32,000 nt of DNA from an uncultured Mageeibacillus sp. (GCA_964346695.1 CAYFVK010000005.1:7155-39154), one strand, 5' to 3'. Counted from the first letter of the stretch, positions 17,602 through 26,422 are shown. Notes: a model not told the origin generated them from the sequence alone. Program-made: numbers and translations.

Positions 17602-17607
17602 TTCTTT

Positions 17608-17636
17608 TTGTATCCCTTCTTAAACATTGATATAAT
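17608..17636 (+). promoter_or_regulatory. Candidate promoter of the Prs-like operon (extended -10)
   Basis: TTGTAT (17608-17613), 17-nt spacer ending in TG (17628-17629), TATAAT (17631-17636). GAGG SD before the ATG at 17672. Confidence 0.45.
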
Positions 17637-17660
17637 AGCTTTACTCGGAAATTGAAACAA
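17632..17660 (-). promoter_or_regulatory. Candidate engB promoter, back-to-back with the Prs-like promoter
   Basis: On the minus strand: TTGTTT (17660-17655), 17-nt spacer, TATTAT (17637-17632). Its -10 occupies almost the same base pairs as the plus-strand -10. Confidence 0.4.
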
Positions 17661-17671
17661 GTGAGGTACTT

Positions 17672-18922
17672 ATGGCGTCACAGCAAAATGAACCGACATC
17701 TACTACAGAGATGATCCTCCTTCGCAATTATGACGAAAGGATTCTTAAGCCAAACGCTCCAATTGCCATAATCAGCGATCAGCTTGATCCCGTATTATCG
17801 GATACCATTAATTTTTATCTGAATGAAAGACGTGCCAAAATTATCAGGGATTATCCCGAACAGGAGGATATTCCCGGTTATTTTCGGGAAGATTACCGCA
17901 TTCCGGTCAATTTAGGCCGCTACGCCTCAGGTGAAGGCATGGCCAGAATTCTGGAATCCGTGCGCGGACATGACCTTTTTATCATTACCGATGTTTTGAA
18001 TTACGGGCGCAGCTATACCCGCTTCAATCAAGAGGTTTCGCTGAGTCCCGATGAGCATTTCGAGGATTTATGCCGTCTGATAACCGCAGCTCACGGTGTC
18101 GCGAGGCGGATCAATGTGATCATGCCTTATCTTTATCAGGGACGCCGCTATCGCCGCGAATCCCGCGAATCACTGGACTGTTCCGTCATGCTGAAACGTC
18201 TGTTTTACTTGGGAATTAATCATTTTCTGACTTTTGACGCCCATGACGACCGTATTGCGAACGCAGTCCCCACCAAAAACTTCGAATCCGTGCAAACTTC
18301 TCTGCAGCTCATTGAAGCGCTTTTATCGACCTATCAGAACCTGACCATCGATAAAGATCATTTTATGATCACCAGCGCCGATGAAGCCTCTATCAAACGC
18401 TGCGTTTATTACGCTTCGGTTATGAAGGTACCCTTGGGCATTTTTTATCGACAATATGATCCCCGCCTGACCGGCAACGGTCAATATTCCGAAAGATATC
18501 TGAAACGCAACGCTAATAAGGCATTCCTCGGCGACAATGTGGCAGGCAAAGATATTCTGATCGTCGACGATATGATCGATACCGGCAAAACCGTTTTGGA
18601 ATGTGCCGCTAAATTAAAGGCAATGCAGGCAAAAAGAATTTTTGTCGCCGTTTCTTTCGCACAATTTTCCAAAGGTCTGGAAAAATTTCATCAGGCTTAT
18701 GCCGAAAATATAATTACCAAAATTTTTGCTACAAATCTTTCCTACCGCCCGCCGGAGCTTTTACAGGCGGAATGGTTTCATGATGTGGACGTGGCTGAAT
18801 ACTTGGCACTGTTAATTGACGGTTTTAATCATAATGCCAGTCTTTCAAGGCTGATTGATCCCAATAAGAAAATTAATGAATTAATCAATACGTATAAAAA
18901 TAAAGGAGACTGCAATGCCTAA
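17672..18922 (+). CDS. Ribose-phosphate pyrophosphokinase (PRPP synthase) family protein, long form, catalytic-loop KRR replaced
   Basis: Prs-fold motifs ASGEG..VRGHD, RRYRRESRESLD, FDAHDDR, TSADEAS, IVDDMIDTGKT. 416 aa versus about 315 for classical Prs. RQY sits at the position of the catalytic KRR. Confidence 0.8.
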   Translation: MASQQNEPTSTTEMILLRNYDERILKPNAPIAIISDQLDPVLSDTINFYLNERRAKIIRDYPEQEDIPGYFREDYRIPVNLGRYASGEGMARILESVRGHDLFIITDVLNYGRSYTRFNQEVSLSPDEHFEDLCRLITAAHGVARRINVIMPYLYQGRRYRRESRESLDCSVMLKRLFYLGINHFLTFDAHDDRIANAVPTKNFESVQTSLQLIEALLSTYQNLTIDKDHFMITSADEASIKRCVYYASVMKVPLGIFYRQYDPRLTGNGQYSERYLKRNANKAFLGDNVAGKDILIVDDMIDTGKTVLECAAKLKAMQAKRIFVAVSFAQFSKGLEKFHQAYAENIITKIFATNLSYRPPELLQAEWFHDVDVAEYLALLIDGFNHNASLSRLIDPNKKINELINTYKNKGDCNA

Positions 18923-20129
18923 CAATAAGATCATTTTTCGCGGGGACAAGGACTATTATCGCTATGATCAATACGGCGACAACCCGATGCCCGCCGATGC
19001 CCCGGTAGGAATTATTTCTTTGGTCGGCGCCAAAGAATTCGGTGCTGAAGTCAACCGCCATTTAGTCAAAAGGCGTCGTGAGTATTTGGATCTTTCGCAT
19101 GAAACCAGCTTGAGTCCGGGCTTTTTGCGTGATGATTATCAAATCAGCGCAGACGCCATCCGTTTTTCCTCGGGCGAAGGGAAAGGTGTGATCAATCAAA
19201 CCGTGCGCGGTCATGATCTGTATGTTATCTGTGATGTGACGAATTATAACTGCACCTATAAAATGCGCGGTATAATTAATCATTATTCTCCCGATGATCA
19301 TTATCAGGATCTGAAAAGAATTATTTTAGCTTCTATCGGGCAGGCACATCGAGTCAATGTGATTATGCCTTTTCTTTATGAGAGCAGACAGCATCGCCGC
19401 AGCGGCAGAGAATCCTTGGACTGCGCCTATATGCTGGAAGATATTTTCGATCTCGGAATCCGCAATTTTATCACCTTTGACGCGCATGACGACCGGGTCG
19501 CCAATGCTGTACCCACAGCGGGTTTTGAATCGATACCCTCCACCTATCAAATTCTGAAAGCCTTGATCAAAGCCGTACCGGATGTCAAGATCAATCCCGA
19601 ATCTCTGATGATCATCAGTCCTGACGAGGGCGCGATCAGCCGCTCCATGTACTACGCTTCCATGCTCAACGTACCTCTGGGAACTTTTTATAAAAGAAGA
19701 GATTATTCTCAGGTGATCGACGGCAGAAATCCCATCATCGCACATGAATTTTTAGGTGATTCGGTAAAAAATTATGATGTGTTAATTGTCGATGATATGC
19801 TTTCTTCCGGCGAATCCATGCTGGATTTGGCAAAGTCCTTAAAGCAGAAAGGCGCCAAACGCATTTTCTGTGCTACCACTTTCGCCCTCTTTACCGACGG
19901 AATCAAGGAATTCGATAATTATTATAAAAAAGGTCTGTTGGATAAAGTGATCGCTACAAATTTAACCTATTTGCCGGAGGAAGTCCTCAACGCCCCCTGG
20001 TTCGTGATGGCCGACATGACAAAGTTTGTTGCTTTATTGATCGATGCCATCAATCATAACGCGTCGATGGCGTCCTTGATCACACCGACCCATAAGATCA
20101 ATAAATTGCTCATGAAAATTTCCGGATAA
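18915..20129 (+). CDS. Ribose-phosphate pyrophosphokinase (PRPP synthase) family protein, long form, KRR loop retained
   Basis: SSGEG..VRGHD, RQHRRSGRESLD, FDAHDDR, SPDEGA, FYKRRD, IVDDMLSSGES. 404 aa. The ATG overlaps the upstream stop by 8 nt (ATGCCTAA). Confidence 0.8.
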   Translation: MPNNKIIFRGDKDYYRYDQYGDNPMPADAPVGIISLVGAKEFGAEVNRHLVKRRREYLDLSHETSLSPGFLRDDYQISADAIRFSSGEGKGVINQTVRGHDLYVICDVTNYNCTYKMRGIINHYSPDDHYQDLKRIILASIGQAHRVNVIMPFLYESRQHRRSGRESLDCAYMLEDIFDLGIRNFITFDAHDDRVANAVPTAGFESIPSTYQILKALIKAVPDVKINPESLMIISPDEGAISRSMYYASMLNVPLGTFYKRRDYSQVIDGRNPIIAHEFLGDSVKNYDVLIVDDMLSSGESMLDLAKSLKQKGAKRIFCATTFALFTDGIKEFDNYYKKGLLDKVIATNLTYLPEEVLNAPWFVMADMTKFVALLIDAINHNASMASLITPTHKINKLLMKISG

Positions 20130-20184
20130 AGATCGGAGTCGTTCTCCGCGAATAATCCCGCCCTTTCGGATGCTCGGATACACA

Positions 20185-20232
20185 GAAAAAATCCGGTTAA
20201 AGATTTGACTTGATCTTTAACCGGATTTTTAT
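20185..20232. terminator. Bidirectional rho-independent terminator between the Prs-like operon and nagB
   Basis: Perfect 15-bp stem AATCCGGTTAAAGAT / ATCTTTAACCGGATT with an 8-nt loop, flanked by A6 upstream and T5 downstream. Confidence 0.85.
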
Positions 20233-20248
20233 TGTTACAATTAATAAT

Positions 20249-20977
20249 TTATTTTAAGGCGGAGGCGGCTTCCTGATCCAGAATCACAAGCACATCTCTG
20301 TGCAGTTGCAGGATAGATGCAGGAACATGCGGATCTACCGGCCCCTGTAAAGCCCTTGCGACAACTTCCGCTTTTTGTTTTCCGGATACGATAAAGAGAA
20401 TTCTTTTAGCCTGCATAATCGATTTAAAGCCCATCGAGATCGCTGTTTTAGGCACTTCATCCTCGGAGCTGAAAAAGCGTGAATTGGCTTTGATGGTCGA
20501 TTCGGTCAGATGTACCACATTGGTCGGTACGACAAAAACATTATTCGGTTCATTGAAACCGATATGACCGTTGTTGCCCATACCCAGCAGCTGCAAATCA
20601 ATACCGCCCGCATCTTCGATCATCTGATCATAATGCAGACCTTCCTGTACAGGATCCTCAGCCATACCGTCGGGAACATGAGTGTTTTTCTTATCGATAT
20701 TAATATGATCCAGCAGCTGCTGATTCATAAAATAATGATAACTCTGCTCATGGGTTTCCGGAAGACCGATATATTCATCAAGGTTATAGGTCTCCACGCA
20801 GGAAAAATCAAGACCCTCTTCTTTGCATTGTCTGATCATCTCCTGATAAGCGCCGACCGGTGTCGAGCCGGTTGCCAGACCCAAAACCGTATGTTTATTC
20901 AGACGAATCAGACTGGCCATCAAATCGGCCGCTCTTTTACTTAATTCCTGATAGTCTTTAACTACTAAGATACGCAT
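20249..20977 (-). CDS. nagB: Glucosamine-6-phosphate deaminase
   Basis: LGLATGSTP, GMGNNGHIGFNEP and the length are typical of NagB. Start set to the ATG at 20977 (MRILVV), 8 nt after GGAG; the listed start is a TTG. Confidence 0.9.
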   Translation of the reverse strand: MRILVVKDYQELSKRAADLMASLIRLNKHTVLGLATGSTPVGAYQEMIRQCKEEGLDFSCVETYNLDEYIGLPETHEQSYHYFMNQQLLDHINIDKKNTHVPDGMAEDPVQEGLHYDQMIEDAGGIDLQLLGMGNNGHIGFNEPNNVFVVPTNVVHLTESTIKANSRFFSSEDEVPKTAISMGFKSIMQAKRILFIVSGKQKAEVVARALQGPVDPHVPASILQLHRDVLVILDQEAASALK

Positions 20978-20979
20978 AT

Positions 20980-21306
20980 TCAATTCTCCGTTTCTTCATC
21001 AACTTCCTGATCTACATTTCTCTTTAATAGAAAAACTGTCCAGCCGGCTATCATACCGATAATAAATTCAATACCGGTAATCAAAGCAAATGTTTCCAAT
21101 TTATTTTGAGATAAGGCGATATTAAAAAAAATCAATAAGATCAGCAGCAGCAAACCGGCCAAAAACCGACCAAAGGCATTATAGCGAAAAAAAATCAACC
21201 AAGTATGGAAGGAACTGACTGACGAAGCGTTGTTCTCTCCTGAAACGGACTTGTTATCTGATTTTCGCTTTCCTTTTTGGGCTTTTGTCGTAGATTTCCC
21301 GCTCAT
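20980..21306 (-). CDS. Small membrane protein of unknown function (K/S-rich N-terminus, two TM helices, acidic tail)
   Basis: 108-aa ORF with a GAGG/AGGAG SD. Two clear hydrophobic helices. Its stop lies 2 nt before the nagB ATG. No recognisable family. Confidence 0.55.
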   Translation of the reverse strand: MSGKSTTKAQKGKRKSDNKSVSGENNASSVSSFHTWLIFFRYNAFGRFLAGLLLLILLIFFNIALSQNKLETFALITGIEFIIGMIAGWTVFLLKRNVDQEVDEETEN

Positions 21307-21454
21307 ACTCCTTACCTCACGAAAATTTTACAACGAATGGTATGATTATACAAATTACACTTATATTAAAAATCTTCTCTATATTGTAAAGATTAACGCA
21401 ATAGCTAATTTGCAATTTACTTAAAAGTCTTCCCCGGTCATTGTGCATGCAGCG

Positions 21455-23365
21455 TCAAGATCCGATCATCCTGCCTGAATCGTTTTGTTTTCGCTCAGGC
21501 AGGCCCGCTTTAACAAAATAGGTTCTGTGATGATCATAAATCACCATACCGGGCTTTGCTCCCCTGACTTTTCTGACATGCTTAGCCAGACAGGAATCAA
21601 CCGCAATATTCCCGCCGTGGCCGGTCTTTATCTGATTGGCTTCCGAATACCAGGCGGCAATTTGCGCCGCTTTTTCAATATGCTCGGTTTCGATCAGTTC
21701 CGGATCCTCGGCTTGGAGAATAACATGAGCCCCGGTTAAATCTTTGACATGAAACCACCGGTCATCCGGCCTGGCTTTCTGCAAGGATAAATAATCATTC
21801 TGAATATTGTTTCTGCCCGCATAGGCAACAACACCTTCTGCCAGAACAAATTCCCGCGGAGGCAGCGCTTGTTCCTTTTTCGATTTTTTCGTTTTCTGCT
21901 TCTTTTGCCGTTCCCGATATTTTTTGCTTTTTTTACCCGGTTTCCCCGGATTTAGTGCGTTCTTTAGCAAATGCGCCGGATTTTCGGTCTGCTCTTCCGC
22001 TTTTTCTTTTACTTGTTCTTTCTCATAAAGCTCAAATTCATATTGTATCGCTTTTAGATCCGTCAGATTCTCTGCCTGATCGAGGGCATTCAGCAAAGAA
22101 AACAGCCATTGCAGCTCAGCCTGATCCTCTTTCAAAAATTTTGTCGCACTCTTCAGCTTGGACCGGGCTTTGCGATATTTTCTGAAATATAAAGCCGCGT
22201 TCTCGGATGGTGTCAGATGAGCTTTGAGTTTCACCTTGAATGGTTTTTGCTCAGGGTCATAATAATCGATCAGCAAGACTTCCTCAGCCGCTTTTTTGAC
22301 AAGATAAAGCTGCGAAGTCAGGAGTTCGCCGGTCTTTTTATACAACTCCGCATTTTGTCCCTCGGCAAAATCCTGTTGATGCAGATCGATTTTCTTTTGC
22401 GTATGTTTGATCTGTTTTGTCAACTGACGTTCGATATCCTGTTTTTTATTATTGAAACTCAGGTCTTGTGCCTGCAGAGAATAAAAGACATCCATCGCCA
22501 GGCAGAGCGAATCCACCGTTTTGCGAAAAGGCAACGCTTTCAGCTCAAAAGCGTGAAATTCATAAGGTTTTTTATCCTGTTCCGATCTGAAATATAAGGT
22601 CGGTTGATCGGCCCCTGCCCGAATCATATCAATCACTTTATAAACGGAAGCGCTCAGTTTCTCTTTCTGTTCAAGCGTTAATTGATCGGGAGAAACTCTG
22701 CTTTCCAGACCGGAATCGGCAACGATCGCCTGTGCCAGCAGCGGGGAAAAACCAAGCAGATTATTTAAGATGGTCTTCTCCAAATTGGCGGGCGTGGAGC
22801 TCTGTTCGAGAAATGGAAGAACCGGCAGCGGATTTTCGGCATAATCATCAATGCTCCGCTTATTTTGAGAGGGCGGTAATTGATAATTTCTGGCAGGCAT
22901 AATTTCTCTTATGCTGGACATTTCATGATCGACATGGATCAGCGCGTCATGAATTTTTTTGTCCTGATTCAAAAAAATGATATTACTGTGGCGACCCATG
23001 ATTTCCGCAATTAGAAATTTGTTTTCCGGATCGCCCATTTCATTCAATACGGAAAACGTGAAAATAAAAACCCTTTCATATTCGGGCTGTTCAATTGCGG
23101 TTAAACGACCGCCCAGCAGATATTTGCGAAGCATCATGCAGAAATTGGGCGGAGTTTTCGGATTCTCGGTTTCCCGGCTGGTCAGATATAAAGATGGAGC
23201 CGCAGGATTCGCTGAAATCAATAGTTTTTTCAGGCGGCGTTCCGCGTAAAGATAAAGCAGCAAAGAAAAACGATCCGGTTGATAAATCCGATCAACCCGG
23301 GCATTCAGCAATTGATAACGCAGTTCTTTGACCAAAAATGACGAGCTGATTCCGTCTAAAGGCAT
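21455..23365 (-). CDS. rqcH: NFACT-family ribosome quality control protein RqcH (FbpA/YloA-like)
   Basis: NFACT-N ([15 protein letters not shown]...RIYQP...EIMGRHSNI), long coiled-coil middle region, NFACT-R (WFHVKDLTGAHVIL). 636 aa. Confidence 0.85.
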   Translation of the reverse strand: MPLDGISSSFLVKELRYQLLNARVDRIYQPDRFSLLLYLYAERRLKKLLISANPAAPSLYLTSRETENPKTPPNFCMMLRKYLLGGRLTAIEQPEYERVFIFTFSVLNEMGDPENKFLIAEIMGRHSNIIFLNQDKKIHDALIHVDHEMSSIREIMPARNYQLPPSQNKRSIDDYAENPLPVLPFLEQSSTPANLEKTILNNLLGFSPLLAQAIVADSGLESRVSPDQLTLEQKEKLSASVYKVIDMIRAGADQPTLYFRSEQDKKPYEFHAFELKALPFRKTVDSLCLAMDVFYSLQAQDLSFNNKKQDIERQLTKQIKHTQKKIDLHQQDFAEGQNAELYKKTGELLTSQLYLVKKAAEEVLLIDYYDPEQKPFKVKLKAHLTPSENAALYFRKYRKARSKLKSATKFLKEDQAELQWLFSLLNALDQAENLTDLKAIQYEFELYEKEQVKEKAEEQTENPAHLLKNALNPGKPGKKSKKYRERQKKQKTKKSKKEQALPPREFVLAEGVVAYAGRNNIQNDYLSLQKARPDDRWFHVKDLTGAHVILQAEDPELIETEHIEKAAQIAAWYSEANQIKTGHGGNIAVDSCLAKHVRKVRGAKPGMVIYDHHRTYFVKAGLPERKQNDSGRMIGS

Positions 23366-23979
23366 ACCACACGATCTTTCTTCAAGCGGGATTGCAAAGC
23401 AAAGGGAATTTGATAAAGCGCCTGATCCTTTACAATTTTCGGGCGAAAATCAGAATCAGCCAGCGAGATGGCGCAGCCGCAATATTTTTGCCGATAAAGG
23501 CCATCCTCTCTCGCCATTTGCTGCCCTTTGCGGAAGCCTTCAGCAAAGTTGGCCGCCAGATACTGTACACCGTATTTTTCAGCGTTGGCTTTGCCCGCCG
23601 CATGAATCAGATCATGTTTTTGATAGGGACTGACCAATAAAGTCGTGCTGAAAATATCATAATCATGCTCTTTGGCATATTCCGCCACCCGTTCCAGACG
23701 GTGGGCATAACAAAAGGCACAGCGCTCAATGCTCCTGCCATAAGCGCACCAAGTGCGGGGATCGCAGGCTTCTTCCACCAAAAGCGGAATTTTTCTGAGT
23801 TCCGCGAGGCGCATAGCCCCTTCTAAACGGCGATACCATTCTTTTTCCGGATGAATATTGGGATTGTAGAAAAACAGAGTAATCTCATATTTTTCCGAGG
23901 TTTTCAATAATTCAACCGGATATTCGGCACAAGGCCCGCAGCACATATGCAATAACATTTTTTGGACTTGCTCAGCCAT
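23356..23979 (-). CDS. queH: Epoxyqueuosine reductase QueH (DUF208)
   Basis: [15 protein letters not shown] and YCGC cysteine motifs. Start set to the ATG at 23979 (MAEQVQ), 7 nt after AAGGAG. Overlaps ruvB by 8 nt and rqcH by 10 nt. Confidence 0.85.
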   Translation of the reverse strand: MAEQVQKMLLHMCCGPCAEYPVELLKTSEKYEITLFFYNPNIHPEKEWYRRLEGAMRLAELRKIPLLVEEACDPRTWCAYGRSIERCAFCYAHRLERVAEYAKEHDYDIFSTTLLVSPYQKHDLIHAAGKANAEKYGVQYLAANFAEGFRKGQQMAREDGLYRQKYCGCAISLADSDFRPKIVKDQALYQIPFALQSRLKKDRVVCL

Positions 23980-25096
23980 TCTTTTGCTCCTTATCGTCAA
24001 AATCAAAGGTCATTTGTTCAGGACCGGCAGATGGCTGTTCGGGATCATGCGGCGGCTTCCTCTTCAAATGTTCCCAGCCCCGTTTGGTCAGCACCCTGCC
24101 GCGCGGTGTTTTCGAGATAAAGCCCAGCTGCATCAAATAGGGTTCGCAAATATCCTCGATTGTTTTGCTGTCCTCGCCGGTCATGGCGGCTAAAGTATCC
24201 AATCCGACCGGACCGCCGTTGAACACGTCAGCCATCGCCAGAATCAGATTGCGATCCGTATTGTCAAGACCTTTATCGTCAATTTCCAGGGCTTTCAGTC
24301 CCTTGACCACAATATCCCGGTCAATCACGCCGCTTCCTTTGACCTGCGCAAAGTCGCGCATTCGGCGCAGCAGTCTGATCGCGATACGCGGGGTACCGCG
24401 GCAGCGTGAGGATAAAATTTCAAGTCCCTCCGGATCCATTTGCACATTCATAAGCTCCGCGTTATGCGCGAGGATTTTAGCGATTTCTTTCGGCGAATAA
24501 AGCTCCAGACGATGAATCATGCCGAAGCGATCCCGCAGAGGTGCGCTCAGCAAACCGGCTCTGGTGGTCGCCCCGATCAATGTAAAATGGGGCAAATCAA
24601 GTCTGATCGATCTGGCGCTGGGGCCCTTGCCGATAATAATATCCACGACATAATCTTCCATGGCGGGATATAAAATCTCTTCCACCTGATAATTCAGACG
24701 ATGAATTTCATCAATAAACAACACGTCATTTTGCTTGAGATTCGTCAGCAGGGCGACCAGATCCCCCTGCCGTTCGATCGCCGGACCGGAAGTGATACGA
24801 ATATCCGAATTCATATTGTTGGCGATGATCCCCGCCAACGTTGTTTTGCCCAGTCCCGGAGGACCGTAAAGCAAAACATGATCCAGAGCGTCTCCCCGTT
24901 TTTTGGCAGCGTCTATAAAAACCTTGAGATTTTCTTTAATCGCAGTTTGACCATAGAAATGTTCAAAGCTTAAGGGTCTGCTTGCCCGTTCGGTGTTATC
25001 GTCGCTGCGCAATTCACGGTCAACTATTCTCGGTTCATATTCCGGCTCATAATCCTGATTAAAAATACTATAAAATCCGTCTTGTTCCATTTTCAT
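23972..25096 (-). CDS. ruvB: Holliday junction branch migration ATPase RuvB
   Basis: Walker [10 protein letters not shown], Walker [10 protein letters not shown], sensor GATTRAG, winged-helix C-domain. No obvious SD, so the start is less certain. Confidence 0.93.
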   Translation of the reverse strand: MKMEQDGFYSIFNQDYEPEYEPRIVDRELRSDDNTERASRPLSFEHFYGQTAIKENLKVFIDAAKKRGDALDHVLLYGPPGLGKTTLAGIIANNMNSDIRITSGPAIERQGDLVALLTNLKQNDVLFIDEIHRLNYQVEEILYPAMEDYVVDIIIGKGPSARSIRLDLPHFTLIGATTRAGLLSAPLRDRFGMIHRLELYSPKEIAKILAHNAELMNVQMDPEGLEILSSRCRGTPRIAIRLLRRMRDFAQVKGSGVIDRDIVVKGLKALEIDDKGLDNTDRNLILAMADVFNGGPVGLDTLAAMTGEDSKTIEDICEPYLMQLGFISKTPRGRVLTKRGWEHLKRKPPHDPEQPSAGPEQMTFDFDDKEQKNG

Positions 25097-25187
25097 TTCG
25101 CTAAAAATCTATTCATTGAGATTTCACTTTTCCGATCAACTCAACAGCCAATAAAAGCGTTTCATGGCGCTGATGAACAGTTTATAA

Positions 25188-25823
25188 TTATAACACAGCT
25201 AATTGCTTCAGCGCATTTTTCAATAATGCTTCCAATACGATTTCTTCTTCACTCTCCTGCATCTGCTGATGCGCCTTCGCGACAGCCTGCGCGGCTTCTC
25301 TTTCGCTGTATCCGAGAACCATTAAGGCGGCGACGGTTTCATTGCGAATGCCGGACATCTCTTCGGCACTGAATAATTCGGCGGGGTTTTGACCATCAGC
25401 TATGCGGAAATCCGGCAAATTCTTTTTCAATTTATCCTTGAGTTCGAGAACAATGCGTTGTGCTCCCTTTTTGCCGATCCCCTTGATCCGGGTCAACATT
25501 TTATAATCATCGTTCAAAACGGCAAGCGCAAATGCTTCAGGACTGACGTTGCCGACAATGCTTCCCGCCACCTTGGGTCCGATCCCGCTGACCGTAATCA
25601 AGAGCTCAAACAGACTTTTTATTTCCTGACTCGGAAAACCGTACAACGAAATTTCATTTTCCCGCACATGCAGATAAGTCCAGACCTTCGCTTCCTCCCC
25701 GACCTGCGGAAACAAGCGGCTTAAACCGCTGTCACAATTTAACGCGAAGCCGATTCCCCGCGCACTGAGAATAATGCTTTCCGGATTTTTCTGAACAATC
25801 TTTCCTTCAATAAACGCGAACAT
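25188..25823 (-). CDS. ruvA: Holliday junction DNA helicase subunit RuvA
   Basis: MFAFIEGKI, HhH motifs (VSGIGPKVA, IKGIGKKGAQRI), C-terminal domain III. The ATG at 25823 follows GGAG by 6 nt. Confidence 0.9.
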   Translation of the reverse strand: MFAFIEGKIVQKNPESIILSARGIGFALNCDSGLSRLFPQVGEEAKVWTYLHVRENEISLYGFPSQEIKSLFELLITVSGIGPKVAGSIVGNVSPEAFALAVLNDDYKMLTRIKGIGKKGAQRIVLELKDKLKKNLPDFRIADGQNPAELFSAEEMSGIRNETVAALMVLGYSEREAAQAVAKAHQQMQESEEEIVLEALLKNALKQLAVL

Positions 25824-25904
25824 ATTTACTCCTGATTCCAACGAAAGCCTGATTTCTGATTTCCTGTTGTTGTCGAAACGCCGATCCCCTTCATCATTAA
25901 TCTT

Positions 25905-26408
25905 TTATTGATAACCGCCCACGGCAAGAAAAGATTTGTGATTTCCGCTGTGAGCGTGACAGATGGCGACTGCGATGGCATCGGCAACATCATCCGGCTT
26001 GGGGATTTTCTCCAGATTCAAAATCGTCTTGACCATTTGCTGAACTTGCGCCTTATCGGCGTGACCATATCCCGTAACCGCCAATTTGACCTGCTTTGGC
26101 GTATATTCAAAAACCGGCAGGCGATGTCTGGCACCGGTTACAACAGCAACTCCTCTGGCCTGCGCCGTACCGATCGCGGTAGTCGTATTGCGGCTGAAAA
26201 AGAGTTCCTCAATCGCCATTACCTGCGGCTGATATTTTTCGATCAGTTGCTCAAGACTCCGCTCAATCACCAGCAGGCGCTCCGGAAAATAGCTCTTCGC
26301 TTTGGTCGCGATAATTCCGTAATCGAGAACCTTGAAATGATTGTTCTGATACTCGATCAGAGCATAACCTGTCAGAGCATAGCCCGGATCAACCCCTAAT
26401 ATGATCAT
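25905..26408 (-). CDS. ruvC: Crossover junction endodeoxyribonuclease RuvC
   Basis: MIILGVDPG (catalytic Asp), AIEELFF (Glu), DDVADAIAVAICH (Asp/His). The ATG at 26408 follows AGGAAG. Confidence 0.9.
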   Translation of the reverse strand: MIILGVDPGYALTGYALIEYQNNHFKVLDYGIIATKAKSYFPERLLVIERSLEQLIEKYQPQVMAIEELFFSRNTTTAIGTAQARGVAVVTGARHRLPVFEYTPKQVKLAVTGYGHADKAQVQQMVKTILNLEKIPKPDDVADAIAVAICHAHSGNHKSFLAVGGYQ

Positions 26409-26422
26409 GTCTCTTCCTTCCC

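Noticed and set aside
17640-17653. A PurBox-like sequence (minus strand AATTTCCGAGTAAA versus AWWWCCGAACWWT) upstream of the Prs-like operon.
   Set aside because: Only about 10 of 13 positions match, and the critical CCGAAC core is broken. The second inverted PurBox required for PurR binding is absent.
21327-21390. An inverted 7-mer TTTACAA/TTGTAAA spaced 50 nt apart, and GntR/NagR-like GTAT-N4-ATAC upstream of the small ORF-nagB pair.
   Set aside because: The arms are short and sit in a very AT-rich spacer. They do not match the NagR/DasR dre consensus beyond a TGGTAT half-site. This is likely chance.
25097-25187. A 91-nt ruvA-ruvB spacer with a small AGCG/CGCT hairpin followed by TTTT, which could be an internal attenuator.
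   Set aside because: The stem is only 4 bp, far too weak for a terminator.
25908-26399. A 163-aa ORF on the + strand covering almost all of ruvC in antisense.
   Set aside because: It has no SD or promoter, its composition is low-complexity and Arg/Leu/Ile-rich as expected for the antisense of a real gene, and the opposite strand has a complete, motif-bearing RuvC.
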